Assembly (NCBI RefSeq): GCF_902713615.1
Contig: NW_024055461.1
Span: 1,287,877-1,351,876, forward strand
DNA length: 64,000 nt
Source: Scyliorhinus canicula
Taxonomy: Eukaryota
Direction of reading: 5' to 3'
Below the pieces are notes generated by a model, which was not told the origin of the DNA, did no database searches, and saw nothing but the letters and a program-made list of their open reading frames with translations. This document shows positions 1 to 12,041 of the stretch, piece by piece (position 1 is the first letter of the stretch; the number at the start of each line of letters is the position of its first letter). Made by a program: the position numbers and the translations under genes.

Positions 1-420
1 ATGCTGGTGAACACAGGCTTTCTCACACATACGCTTTCTCACACAAACACTCTCTCACACGTACGTGTTCTGCCACACATGCTCTCNNNNNNNNNNNNNN
101 NNNNNNNNNNNNNNNNNNNNNNNNNNNNNNNNNNNNNNNNNNNNNNNNNNNNNNNNNNNNNNNNNNNNNNNNNNNNNNNNNNNNNNNNNNNNNNNNNNNN
201 NNNNNNNNNNNNNNNNNNNCACAGTTTCTCACACACATGCTCTCTCAAACACATGCTCTCTTGCACACATGCTCTCTTGCACACTCACACATGCACTCTC
301 TCATACACACAGTCTTGATCTATCTCTCTCAGAAACACACACACATTTACACGCATGTATGCACATACATATGCAGCCACATACGCACACTCTCTCACGC
401 ACACACACTCTTCGACACAC
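1..420. repeat. (CA/CT)n-rich degenerate microsatellite
   Basis: ACACATGCTCTC-type low-complexity repeats on both sides of the gap. Confidence 0.85.
87..219. other. assembly gap (run of N)
   Basis: 133 consecutive N inside a CA/CT-rich microsatellite. Confidence 0.99.
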
Positions 421-424
421 AGGT

Positions 425-1335
425 GAAAATGACTGAATTTGACATCAAGGCAGCATTTGAACGAGTGTGGCGTCAAGCAACCCAAACAAAAATGGAATCG
501 ATGGGAATCAGGAGAACAATCTCTGCTGGTTGGAGTCATAACCAGCACCAAGGCAGATGGTTTCCGCTGCTGGAGGTCAATCATCTCAATTCCAGGACAT
601 CACATCAAAAGTTCCTCAGAGCATTGTCTTTTCAGTTTATTCGCCAATGACCTTCTTTAAATCATAAAGTGAGAAGTGGGGTTGTTCTCTGATGATTGCA
701 GCTTGTTCAGCACCATTATTAACTGTGCAGATACTGAAGAGGTTTATCTGCAAATAAAACAAGATGGGGGCTATGTCCAGGCTTCGGCTAACAAGTGGTC
801 AGTAACAATCACGTCACACACTTGAAGGAAATGGTCACCCCAGCAAGAATGGATCTTATGATCACCTCTTGGCATTCATCATTGAATCCCCCACCATCAA
901 CATGCGAGGGATTAACATGGACCTGAAAGTGATCTGGATGAGCCACGTACAATTTGTGGCCAGAAGAACTGATCAGAGGTGAGGAATCCTGCGGTGTAAA
1001 ACTCAACTCCTGTCTCCCCAAAGCTTGTCTACCATCTAAAGATCCACTGCAGAAGCTCATGAAGACTCCTTAGACAATACCTTCGAAACCCATGACATTA
1101 CAATGTGGACAAGGACAGCAGACACACCAACTGTAAGTTCTTCCCCAGGTCACTCAACACCATTCCTTCAATTTCGCTGGTTCAACATCCTGTAACTGCC
1201 CCCGACACAACACCAGATGGACTGAGTGGTTGATGAAGGAAGCTCACCACCATCTTGTCAAGTGCAATAAGGAATGGGAAATAAATGCTGGCCGAGCCAG
1301 AGACGTCTACATCACAAGAATGAAGAAATACAACA
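425..1335 (+). mobile_element. degenerate CR1/L2-group LINE, 3' part (RT and tail)
   Basis: Translates to FDIKAAFERVW..KMESMGIR and, with frameshifts, FIRQ/NDL and F.DD-like RT remnants. It ends in the shark LINE tail ...AAATGCTGGCCGAGCCAGAGACGTCTACATC... Confidence 0.75.
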
Positions 1336-1466
1336 CACTCTCTCTGACACAGTATTGCAATAATATTACTAAAAATTCCCATTTGCAAAATGAAAATGCA
1401 TTAAGTTGCAGAAATGTTCATTGTTCCAGTTCTGAATTGTTTAGTGAAAAATGAAATGACATCGGC

Positions 1467-1596
1467 ATTAAAGCAGCTGCCCAGTGATCTACACTGCTGT
1501 CTGACTTTACACAGCCGGTGTTACTGAAAGTATTAAAGTAGCTGCCCAGTGATCTACACTGCTGTCTGACTGTACACAGCCAGTGTTACTGAAAGC
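1467..1596. repeat. 2 x 65-bp direct tandem duplication
   Basis: ATTAAAG(C/T)AGCTGCCCAGTGATCTACACTGCTGTCTGAC...TTACTGAAAG at 1467 and 1532. Confidence 0.9.
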
Positions 1597-1769
1597 TGAT
1601 CAATGTGGAGAATAAGGACAGGATGGATGGAGAGGAAGAGGAGGGGGTGGGGAGCCGAATGGAGGAGCCCCCAGCTCGGCTGTGGATAACAGGCAACAGA
1701 AAGCTGAGCCTGAGCGGAAAATCATCCAGGGAAACATCGTCCTAATGGGCTGGGAGCACCCGGGAATGA

Positions 1770-4400
1770 TCACTCACACACGGTCACTCACTCACTCACT
1801 CACTCACCTATCTTCACTCATTCACTTACCCTCATTCACCATGCTCACAGTCACTGATTGACCCTCACTCCCCCATCCTAACACCCACCCTCACTCACCT
1901 ACCCTCACACTCACCTTCACTCACCCACCCTCACACCCACCCTCACTCACCTACCCTCACACTCACCTTCACTCACCCACCCTCACACCCACCCTCACTC
2001 ACCTACCCTCACACTCACCCTCACTCACCCACCCTCACACCCACCCTCACTCACCTACCCTGACACCCACCCTCACTCACCTACCCTCTCATCCACCCTC
2101 ACTCACCCACCCTCATTCACTCAGCCTCACTCACCTACCATTCCATCCATCCTCACTCACCCACCCTCATTCACTCAACCTCACTCACCTACCCTCACTC
2201 AACTATCCTCACACTCCCACCCTCATTTACACACCCTCGCATACCCCCCATCTACTGTCACACCCACCCTCACTCTTGAACACTCACCCAAGCGTACTCA
2301 CACGTTCCACACTCACTCATCCTCCCTCCCTGACACACACTCATTCACCGACCCTCCCTGACACACTCTCACTAACCCACCCTCCCTTACATACTCTCAC
2401 TCACCCACCCTCCCTGACACACTCACACCCACCCTCCCTGACACACTCTCATTCACACACCCTCCCTGACACACTCCCTCACCCACCATCCCTGACACAC
2501 ACTCACACACCCACCCTCCCTGACACACTCTCACTCACCCACCCTCCCTGACACATTCTCACTCACACACCCTCCCTGACACACACACACACTCACCCAC
2601 CCTCCCTGACACACACACCCTCCCGACACACTCTCACCCACCCACCCTCCCTGACACACACACACTCACCCATTCTCTCTGACACACTCTCACTCACCCA
2701 CCCTCCCTAACACACTCTCACTCACCCACATTCCCTGACACACTCATTCACACACCCTCCCTAACACACTCTTACTCCCCGACCCTCCTTGACACACTCT
2801 CACTCACCCACACTCCCTGACACACTCTCACTCACCCACCCTCCCTGATACTCTCAGTCAACGACCCTCCCTGACACACTCTCACACACCCACCCACACT
2901 CACCCACCCTCCCTGGCACAGTCACACTCACCCACTCTCCCTGACACAGTCTCAATCTCCCACCCTCACTCACCCACACTCCCTGACTCTCTCACTCACC
3001 CACCCTCCCTTACACACTCTCACTCACCCACCCTCCCTGACACACTCACACCCACCCTCCCTGACACACTCTCATTCACACACCCTCCCTGACACACTCC
3101 CTCACCCACCATCCCTGACACACACTCACACACCCACCCTCCCTGACACACTCTCACTCACCCACCCTCCCTGACACATTCTCACTCACACACCCTCCCT
3201 GACACACACACACACACTCACCCACCCTCCCTAACACACTCTCACTCACCCACATTCCCTGACACACTCATTCACACACCCTCCCTAACACACTCTTACT
3301 CCCCGACCCTCCTTGACACACTCTCACTCACCCACACTCCCTGACACACTCTCACTCACCCACCCTCCCTGATACTCTCAGACAACGACCCTCCCTGACA
3401 CACTCTCACTCACCCACCCACACTCACCCACCCTCCCTGGCACAGTCACACTCACCCACTCTCCCTGACACAGTCTCAATCTCCCACCCTCACTCACCCA
3501 CACTCCCTGACTCTCTCACTCACCCGCCCTCCCTGACACACTCACCCACCACCCTCCCTGACACATTCTCACTCACCTACCCTCACTCGCACCCCCACAC
3601 ACTCACCAATCCTCATTCACCATCACTCATCCTCATTGTCTTACCCTTACTCCCCCAACCTAGCTCACTCACTCTCATTCACACACTCTCACTCACTCTC
3701 CCTCACTCACCCACCCTGATTCACTCACCCTCCCTCACTCATTCATCCTGAAACACCCACCCACCTTCACCCATCGTCACTCACTCACCCACCCTCACTC
3801 TCCGAACAGGCGCTGGAATGTGGAGACTAGGGGCTTTTCACAGTAACTTACTTGAAGCCTACTCGTGACAATAAGCGATTTTCATTTCATTTTCATTTCA
3901 CTTCATTTCCCACCCACCCTCACTCATTCTCACACACCCTCATTCAGTAACCCACACTCACTCACACATTCTCCCTCATCCTCATTCAACTACCATCACT
4001 CACCCTAACTCACCCACACTCACTCACCCTCTAACTCATCATCACTCCCCCGTCCTCCCTCACACGCCTACCCTGACGCATTTCACCCTCACTCACATAG
4101 CCTCACTCATTCACCCTCACTTACAAAGACTTGTACCCACCCTCTTTCACGCGCCTTCACTCACACTTCCTCACTCACACACCGGACACACCCACTCACC
4201 GTCACCCACTATCACTCGCCCTCATTTACTCCCTCACCCACACTCACTCCCACTCACCCACACTCACTCTCTCACTCTCATTCACGCACCCTAATTCATC
4301 CTCACTCACACACCCAAACTCATACACACACCCTCATCCACCCACACCATCCCCTCACTCACTTTACCACCATCACGCACCCACCCTCACTCACCCTCCC
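1770..4400. repeat. C/A-rich minisatellite (CACTCACCCACCCTCCCTGACA-type units) in the J-C intron; continues at 5258-5765
   Basis: Hundreds of CACTCACCC/CCCTGACACA units; the top strand is almost free of G. Confidence 0.9.
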
Positions 4401-4414
4401 ACTAATTATCAATG

Positions 4415-5243
4415 TAAGAAGTCTTACAACACCAGGTTAAAGTCCAACAGGTTTGTTTCAAACTCGAGCTTTCGGAGCACGGCTCCTTCTTCAGGTGAAT
4501 GGAAAGGCTTGTTCCAGAAATGTTTATATAGACACAGTCAGAGATGCCCCGGAATGCGAGCACCTGCAGGCAATCAAATCATCAAAGATGCAGAGAGAGA
4601 GGTAACTCCAGGTTAAAGAGGTGTGAATTGTCCCAAGCCAGTTCAGTCGGTAGGCCTCTGCAAGTCCAGGCTTGTTGGTGGGGGCCGAATGTAATGCGAC
4701 ATGAATCCCAGATCCCGGTTGAGTCCGCATTCATGCGTGCGGAACTTAGCTATAAGTTTTTGCTCAGCAATTTTCCGTTGTCGCGTCTCCTGAAGGCCGG
4801 GGGAAGACGCAAAGAGCCGGGGGAAGTGAGACGCGACAACGCAAAATTGCTGAGCAAAAACTTATAGCTAAGTTCCGCACGCATGAATGCGGACTCAACC
4901 GGGATCTGGGATTCATGTCGCATTACATTCGGCCCCCACCAACAAGCCTGGACTTGCAGAGGCCTACCGACTGAACTGGCTTGGGACAATTCACACCTCT
5001 TTAACCTGGAGTTACCTCTCTCTCTGCATCTTTGATGATTTGATTGCCTGCAGGTGCTCGCATTCCGGGGCATCTCTGACTGTGTCTATATAAACATTTC
5101 TGGAACAAGCCTTTCCATTCACCTGAAGAAGGAGCCGTGCTCCGAAAGCTCGTGTTTGAAACAAACCTGTTGGACTTTAACCTGGTGTTGTAAGACTTCT
5201 TACTGTGCTCACCCCAGTCCAACGCCGGCATCTCCACATCATG
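4415..5243. mobile_element. Penelope-like element 3' end in fold-back (inverted pLTR) arrangement with a 14-bp TSD
   Basis: Arms 4415-4789 and 4828-5203 are near-perfect inverted repeats. The right arm encodes a GIY-YIG C-terminus (QRKIAEQKLIAKFRTHECGLNRDLGFMSHY). ACTAATTATCAATG is duplicated at 4401-4414 and 5244-5257. Confidence 0.85.
5120..5154 (+). ncRNA. minimal type-I hammerhead ribozyme of the Penelope pLTR
   Basis: CAC-CTGAAGA-A-GGAGC(CGT)GCTCC-GAAA-GCTC^GTG: catalytic core boxes, stem II, palindromic AGCT stem III, CAC/GTG stem I. The mirror copy on the minus strand (about 4463-4497) has GTG>GAG in stem I. Confidence 0.75.
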
Positions 5244-5859
5244 ACTAATTATCAATGACACGCCTCGCTCACTTAGCCACACTCATACGTCCTCACTCAC
5301 CTACACTCACTCATTTATCCTCCCTCATTCACCCTCACTCAATCATCCTGACTCATTCATCCTGACTCATTCATCCTCCCTCACTCACCCAACCTCACGC
5401 ACCCACGCTCACTGACTCCGCCTCATTTGTTCACCCACTCCATTCACTCACTGGCAGTCAATCCCCTGACTCCCCCACCTCACACCCACCCTCTCTCACC
5501 CACCCTCGCTCACTCATCTTCACTCACACTCACTACACAACCTCACTCACCCAGCATCACTCATTTTGACTGATTCATCCTCGGTGACGCACACTCGCCC
5601 ATTTACCCTGACTCAGTCAGTCACCCTGATTTGCCACTCATCAACACTCATCTATCCCAACTCACTCACGGGCACGCACTCTCCGACCCTCACTCGGTTA
5701 CTCACTCACCCGCACTTACCCTCCTACCCTCACTCAGTTACTAACTCACCCACAGTAACTCATACTCAGGAAATCGGCACGGGGGCGTCTGCAACGAGAG
5801 AGGAATAGAGAACTGGAGCGAAACTGATGACGAGTGGCGCCCGAATGTGGCTCATGACA

Positions 5860-6655
5860 CGGGAGCGGCGGGAGCCGGAGGAAAGGCGCAGAGAGCCTGA
5901 GGAAAGTGTGGACAGCCGGGGGAAAGTGCGGAGAGCCTGGGGAAAGTGCAGAGAGCCGGAGGAAAGGCGTCGGAGCCCAGAGAGGGCGGGGAGAAGAGCA
6001 AAGAGGCGGCGAAAAGACAGAGTTGGGGAGAAAGGGCAGAGATGTGGGGAAACGCACAGAGAGCCGGAGAAAAGGGCAGAGAGCTGGAAAGAATCAGAGA
6101 GAGCAGGTGAAAGGTGCAGAGAGCCGGGGGCAGGTGCAGAGAGCCGGGGGAAAGCGCAGAGAGCCGGGAGGAGGAGCAGAGAGCCGGGGGAAAGCGCAGA
6201 GAGCCGCGGCAAGGAGCACAGTGCTGGGAGCCGGGGGAAGTGCTGGGAGCTGGGGGAAGTGCAGGGAGCCGGGGGAAGACGCAAAGAGCCGGGGGAAGTG
6301 CTGGGAGCCGGGTGAAGTGAGGAGAGACGGAAGAAAGTCCATGAAGTGGGCGATAAGCGGTAAGAATCGGGGTAAAGTGCACGGTGCTGGCGAAAGGCTC
6401 AAAGGGCCCAGGGAAAGTGCCAGGAACCGGGAAAAGCCCCAAAGAACTGGGAAAAGTGCAGCGCACATGGGCAAAGCACAATGAGCCGGGGAAAAATGCA
6501 GAGTCGAGGGAAAGTGCAGAGATCCGTGGAAAAGAGCAGAGAACTGCAAGAAAGTGACGGGAGCGGGCGAATGGTGCAGAGATCCAGAGGGAACCGCAGA
6601 GAGATGGGGGAACGCACAGAGAGCGCGGGGCGGGGAGCGGGGGGATTGCAGACAG
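5860..6655. repeat. G/purine-rich minisatellite (about 20-bp GAGAGCCGGGGGAAAGTGCA units)
   Basis: Repeated GAGCCGGGGGAAAG(T/C)GCA; strong G skew on the IgH sense strand. Confidence 0.9.
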
Positions 6656-7005
6656 CCCGGTCTCAGTGACAGGCGGAATGTGGAGCTAACATCACAATCA
6701 GCACAGCCAGGATCTTATTGAATGGGAGAGGAGGCTCGACTGACCGAATGGCCGCCTCCCGCTGTTAATGTTCATGATCCTAAAATTAGGGAATGTTGCT
6801 CTTACTCAAATTTAGAGTTTTGTTGTAATTATATAAATGTGCATTCCGAAGGTATTTTTCAAGCAAAGTCACTATTCTCTGGTTTGGGGAGTGGGGGTAG
6901 TGAGGTGGAGAGAGGAGGGGGCATCAGTCAGTTTGAACAAAGGGAATTTCCCAAAATCGCAAAGATATAAATGAAGGGACAACTTCTTTATCACAAAGTG
7001 CTGTT

Positions 7006-7408
7006 GATTGTGACGTACACAGCTCAGTTAGCTGAATTGTGACGTACACAGCGCAGTTAGCTGGATTGTGACGTACACAGCTCAGTTAGCTGGATTGTGA
7101 CGTACACAGCTCAGTTAGCTGGATTGTGACGTACACAGCTCAGTTAGCTGGGTTGTGACGTACACAAATCAGGGAGCAGGATTGTGACGTACACAGCTCA
7201 GTTAGCTGGACTGTGACGTACACAGCTCAGTTAGCTGGATTGTGACGTACACAGCTCAGTTAGCTGGATTGTGACGTACACAGCTCGGTTAGCTGGATTG
7301 TGACGTACACAACTCAGTCCGCTGGATTGTGACGTACACAGTTTAGCTGGATTGTGACGTACACAGCTCAGGTAGCTGGTTTGTGACGTACACAGCTCAG
7401 TTAGCTGG
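7006..7408. repeat. 29-bp tandem repeat, about 14 copies, GATTGTGACGTACACAGCTCAGTTAGCTG
   Basis: TGACGTACAC recurs every 29 bp, with two AGCT per typical unit. Confidence 0.95.
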
Positions 7409-7920
7409 GCGGCTGGTTCGTAATGAAGATCAATCCCAGCAGCGCGGGTTCAATTGCTGCACCGGCTGAGGTTATTCATGAAGACCCCCATTCTCAACCT
7501 TGCCGATGGCCTGAGGTGTGGTGACCCTCAGGTTAAATCACCACCAGTCAGCTCTCAAACGGAGAGAGCAGTCTTCGGGACTATGGGATATTACATTTTG
7601 TTTTACATGATGGCTGACATAATGGGGAAAATATTCCGCTTTTCGCGTTCAATCCAATGCAAATTACATCATTCAGATTGCATCAAAATGTTGTTTTATG
7701 CCAGGTGATAGAGACGGAGGAAGATGTGAGTTTCTAATGAGGGGGGTCAACAGATGGAGGTTCTCAAATGATAGAACTAATAGAAGCTGAAATGTGGATG
7801 TAGCATTTGTTAGGAAAATGTTGGAATAAACACATAGTTCTCGTCAAATTTTGAAATGTTTGGTTACTGAATAAATACAATCCCAGAGTCTAACTTGTTC
7901 AATTGGCCATTCTCTCCCAG

Positions 7921-8220
7921 CGACACTGTCTCCGCCCACTCTCTACAGCCTGGTCTCCTCCTGTCAGCAACACAACACCGACGGCTCCGTGACCTACGGC
8001 TGTTTGGCGATGGACTACTCCCCAGAAATCACCAGCCTTACCTGGAAGAAAGATGGGCAGCCGATCATCACTGGAGTTAAGAAATACCCGTCAGTGAGAA
8101 ACAAGAAGGGAACCTACACCCTGAGCAGCCAGTTAATCATCACAGAGTCAGAGGGGGGATGCAGCAAAATCAGCTGTGAGGTTCGACACAGCGGCTCAGA
8201 CAAGAGCATTGGAATGGCAT
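7921..8220 (+). CDS. IGHM: IgM heavy chain constant exon Cmu1
   Basis: Acceptor TTCTCTCCCAG, donor T|GTAAGT. Encodes [47 protein letters not shown]...SCEVRHSG, typical elasmobranch Cmu1 with the Ig C/W/C core. Confidence 0.95.
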
Positions 8221-8427
8221 GTAAGTGTTGTGGAAACTGTGAAAATCAGAAACCTATGATTACCTTGTATAGGATCTTGGATATAACTAATTTTAATACT
8301 CTGCATATTTCTGATCCCTGGAAAATCCAGCTTTGTGTCTATTGACCACAAACATGTTTTAAAGCATATGAACTCATTTTTTTCATCAATTTCTTCTGCA
8401 AGAAATATCTAATTGTGTTTCTTGAAG

Positions 8428-8736
8428 GTCCCAGAATTTATGCTCCAAATGTTTTCCTCACCGTGAGTTCCAGTGAAGAAATCACAAGACAGAAATTTGC
8501 AACCATCGTCTGTTCAATCAACGATTTCCATCCAAAGTCAATGACGGTGAAGTGGCTGAAGAATGGACAACCCATGGGTTCAGGAATTGTCACCTCTCCC
8601 GCCTGTGAAGTGAAGGGGAACTTCTCGGCGAGCAGTCGGCTGACAGTCTCCGCTGGGGAATGGTTCAGCAAAGCGGTCTATACCTGCCAGGTCACTCATG
8701 AAGAGGTCACCCAAATTCACAACATCACCGCGTCTG
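8428..8736 (+). CDS. IGHM: IgM constant exon Cmu2
   Basis: Acceptor TTTCTTGAAG, donor G|GTAAGA, phase 1. Encodes [41 protein letters not shown]...YTCQVTH. Confidence 0.95.
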
Positions 8737-8972
8737 GTAAGAGACACAAACAGAGGAAACAATAAATTATCCTGCACTCTGATGTTAATCCAAATCAGGA
8801 ATTTACTGAAGTTAGTACAAAGCACAGAATAACTTCTAGTTTGTTGCCATGTAGTTTGTGTTTCATTCTGATGTAAGAGCTGCATTAGGATTGCTGACCA
8901 TTCACGATTTTATGAATATAGAAATAAATGTATCCCTATAATTTGAAGTAATTTAGTGAGTGAGGTGAATCA

Positions 8973-9152
8973 ATGAAATGAAAATCGCTTATTGTCACAA
9001 GTAGGCTTCAAATGAAGTTACTGTGAAAAGCCCCTCGTCGCCAAATTCCGGCGCCTGTTCGGGGAGGCTGGTATGGGAATTGAACCCGCGCTGCTGGCCT
9101 TTCTTGGTCTACTTTAAAAGCCAGCTATTTAGCCCTGTGCTAAACCAGCCCC
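8973..9152 (-). mobile_element. short tRNA-derived SINE with (TTTCA)n tail
   Basis: Reverse complement of the element at 54520-54695; a partial copy lies at about 3805-3905. Confidence 0.75.
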
Positions 9153-9590
9153 TGGTGGACTTGATATCAGCTTTATCCTCAGACAGCTGATTATATTTGA
9201 GAGTCAGTGGGTGTGTGGAACCCTTAACTGATAACAGCTCCGGGGGAAGTGTTGGAAAGTTCATCCAACCTATTTATGGATCTGCCTCCAGTACTTCGTC
9301 CCTGAGATCAGGACTGGAATATTTGTATTGGGAATGCTGCAATACTGATTCGTTAGAATGATATCGGGGCTGACTGTATTTCACATTGAGAATAGTTTTC
9401 AGAAACCAAACTGGTTTTCCAATGCGTATCGAAGATTAAAGGCGATCTTTAGAGGTTGATGCTTCGAAGTTGATTATTTCGAGGTTGATGCTTCGAAGTT
9501 GATTTATTCCCATTTAGAGTTCAGGCTGAATCCTTCTCACCTGATTCTGAAGATCAAACTTGGGTTGATTTCCACTTTTTTCATTCACAG

Positions 9591-9899
9591 ATCCTTCCGT
9601 TTGCACTGATGCCTCAGTAACAATACTGCCACCACCAATAGAACAGGTCTTGCTGGAGGCGACTGTAACCTTAACCTGCGTCATTTCGAATGCTCCTTAT
9701 GGAGTCAACGTGTCCTGGAGTGAAGCGAAGAAGCCGCTGAAATCAGAGATTGCCGACCAGCCTGGGGCAGATACTGAGAGCGTGGTCAGCAAATTAAACA
9801 TCTCCACACAAGCCTGGCTGAGTGGGGCTGTGTTTGACTGTGTGGCGAGCCATCAGGACCTGCCAACTCCTTTAAGAATTTCAATCCACAAAAAAATAG
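9591..9899 (+). CDS. IGHM: IgM constant exon Cmu3
   Basis: Acceptor TTCATTCACAG, donor G|GTGAGC. Encodes [35 protein letters not shown]...[14 protein letters not shown]. Confidence 0.95.
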
Positions 9900-10104
9900 G
9901 TGAGCGGTGAGATTGAAGCAACAAGTGAGTCATTGTGTCTATTTCCAGTGTCAGAGCACCAGTCAGTATTTAGCATTCAGTGTATTTATGGTCTATTCTG
10001 ATTGGTAATTCCACTAACTAAATACTCTGAGATTTAGAGTTTAAGGGGGGAATTGATATGCAGATGAACGAACAATGAATTAAAAACAGTGATATTGGGT
10101 TTAG

Positions 10105-11235
10105 ATGGAGCGAGACCATAGACCACAAGACTTGGGAGCAGACGTAGCCCATAGGGCCCATCAACTCTGATCCAGCCTTCAATGAGGTCCTGACTGATCT
10201 GATGTGATAATCTTCAACTCCTCTTTCCCGCCTTATCCCCATATCCCTTGACGCCATTACTGATTTAAAATCTATCTCTCTCAACCTTGAACATACAGAA
10301 CAACCCAGAATCTACAGCCCCCAGCGTTAAATAATTCCACAGCTTCACTGCCCTCTGAGAGAGGAAATTCCTTCTAATCTCCGGAGTAAATAGGTGAACC
10401 CTTACTTTGCGATCATTCACTCTGCTCCTAGATGCTCCCACAAGGGAAAGCAACCTCTCAGCATCTATCCTAAGAAGCTCCCTGAGAATCTTTCATGTAT
10501 CGATTGGGTCGCCTTCATTCTTCTAAACTCCAATAAGTACAGCCCAACCTAGTTAACCTCAGATCATAAGAAAATCCCTCCATACTCCGGGGCAACCTCG
10601 TGATCCTTCTCTGGACTGCCTTCAAAACCAATCTGTCTTCCTTAGATAAGAGCACCAAAGCTATTCAAAGTATATCAGGTGTGGACTAACTAATACCTTG
10701 TATAGTTTTAGCTGGACTTCCCCATGTTTATATATTCTATTCCCTTTGAAATAAATGTCAACATTCAATTTGTCTCCAGATTACCTGCAGAACTTGCTTT
10801 GTGTGATTTCTGCACGAGGACCCCCAATTCCCCCGTTACTTCAGCTTTCTACAGTCTTTCTCCATCTAAATAATATTCCGTTATGTTCCTCCTCCTACCA
10901 AAGTGTCTAACCTCATATTTTCCAACATTATGTTCCATCTGCCAAGTTTTTACTCAGTAACTTAAGCTGTCTCTGTCCCTCTGTAGACTTTATGTCCTCA
11001 CCACTTGCCTTTCTACCAGTTTTCTATCTGCAGCCATTGCACGAGTACATACACTTATTAAACACAGTTTTGAAATTCATGTATATTACATCTACTGGCC
11101 CCCCTCTCTCTAGCCTTCTCGTTATCACCTCAAAGAATTGCAATAAATTTGTCAAGCATGATTTACCTTCACAAAGCCGTGTTATCTCTGCTTAATTATA
11201 TTCTGTATGTCTAAATGCTCAGCTATTGAGGTCCC
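10105..11235 (-). mobile_element. degenerate CR1 LINE 3' fragment in the Cmu3-Cmu4 intron
   Basis: Minus-strand remnants such as RRNFLSQRAVKLWNYL and GKSCLTNLLQFFE; CR1 3' tail near 10110. Confidence 0.8.
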
Positions 11236-11607
11236 TGGCCGATAGTTACCTGTTTTTGTCTCCCTCCCTTTTGAATAAGGGTGTCACATTGGCAGTTTCC
11301 CAATCCTCTTGGGGTAAGGTGGGAGGAGCCTGGTGTGGAGTTGATACACCAGCACAGAACAGTTGGGCCGAATGGCCTGTTTCCCTGCTGTACACTTTCT
11401 GAAACTTTCGAATCCAATATCCGTAAATTCTCAGGGAAAAGGATTGTGTCCACCTCTGCTCCGAGCTGGGAAACCGGACAGATCCCAAAGTGGAAAATGG
11501 AAACCTTTAAAATCCAACACAAAACACATTTCTCTCACATCTAACCCGCGGTTCCATTGTCTCCGGAATTCCCCATTTTATTGACATTTATTGTACATTT
11601 TCTGCAG

Positions 11608-11999
11608 ATCCCAATCCGCGGGAACCGTCCGTTTCTGTCCTCCTGCCCTCGGCTGAAGACGTCTCCGCTCAGAGATTCGTTTCCCTCAGCTGCTTAGTGA
11701 GAGGTTTCTTCCCCCGAGAGATCTTCGTCAAGTGGACCGTCAATGACAAGCCGGTGAATCCCGGGAACTACAAGAACACCGAGGTGATGGCGGAGAACGG
11801 CAATAGCTCCTTCTTCATGTACAGCCTGTTATCCATTGCAGCGGAGGAGTGGGCCAGCGGCGCTTCTTACTCCTGTGTGGTGGGACATGAAGCCATCCCC
11901 TTGAAGATCATCAACAGAACGGTTGATAAATCCAGCGGTAAACCCAGTTTTGTGAACATTTCCCTCGCTCTGATGGACACCGTTAACTCATGTCAATGA
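11608..11999 (+). CDS. IGHM: IgM Cmu4 plus secretory tailpiece
   Basis: Acceptor TTTTCTGCAG. Encodes [37 protein letters not shown]...[11 protein letters not shown], then tail [20 protein letters not shown] with penultimate Cys and an N-I-S glycan site. Internal donor G|GTAAAC after 11937 serves the membrane form. Confidence 0.97.
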
Positions 12000-12026
12000 T
12001 AATCTATTGGTTATATTTCGAATTAA

Positions 12027-12041
12027 AATAAAAATAATAAA
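12027..12041 (+). terminator. secretory-mu polyadenylation signals
   Basis: AATAAA at 12027 and 12036, about 30-40 bp after the stop codon. Confidence 0.8.

Noticed and set aside
1375-1600. Emu-like intronic enhancer (ATTTGCAA near-octamer, CAGCTG E-box)
   Set aside because: Motifs are imperfect and short enough to occur by chance; no functional support.
4415-5243. Fold-back as a long-read chimera artefact
   Set aside because: The arms carry mismatches and the unit is flanked by a 14-bp TSD, which favours a real insertion.
5746-6669. Multiple 100-209 aa ORFs
   Set aside because: Translations of the purine-rich minisatellite; no protein features.
7006-7408. 29-bp repeats as a CRISPR array
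   Set aside because: Units are head-to-tail with no unique spacers, in a vertebrate Ig intron.
1-7920. JH, DH or VH segments and RSS upstream of Cmu1
   Set aside because: No WGxGT-type J motif or heptamer/nonamer pair recognised; they probably lie 5' of the window.
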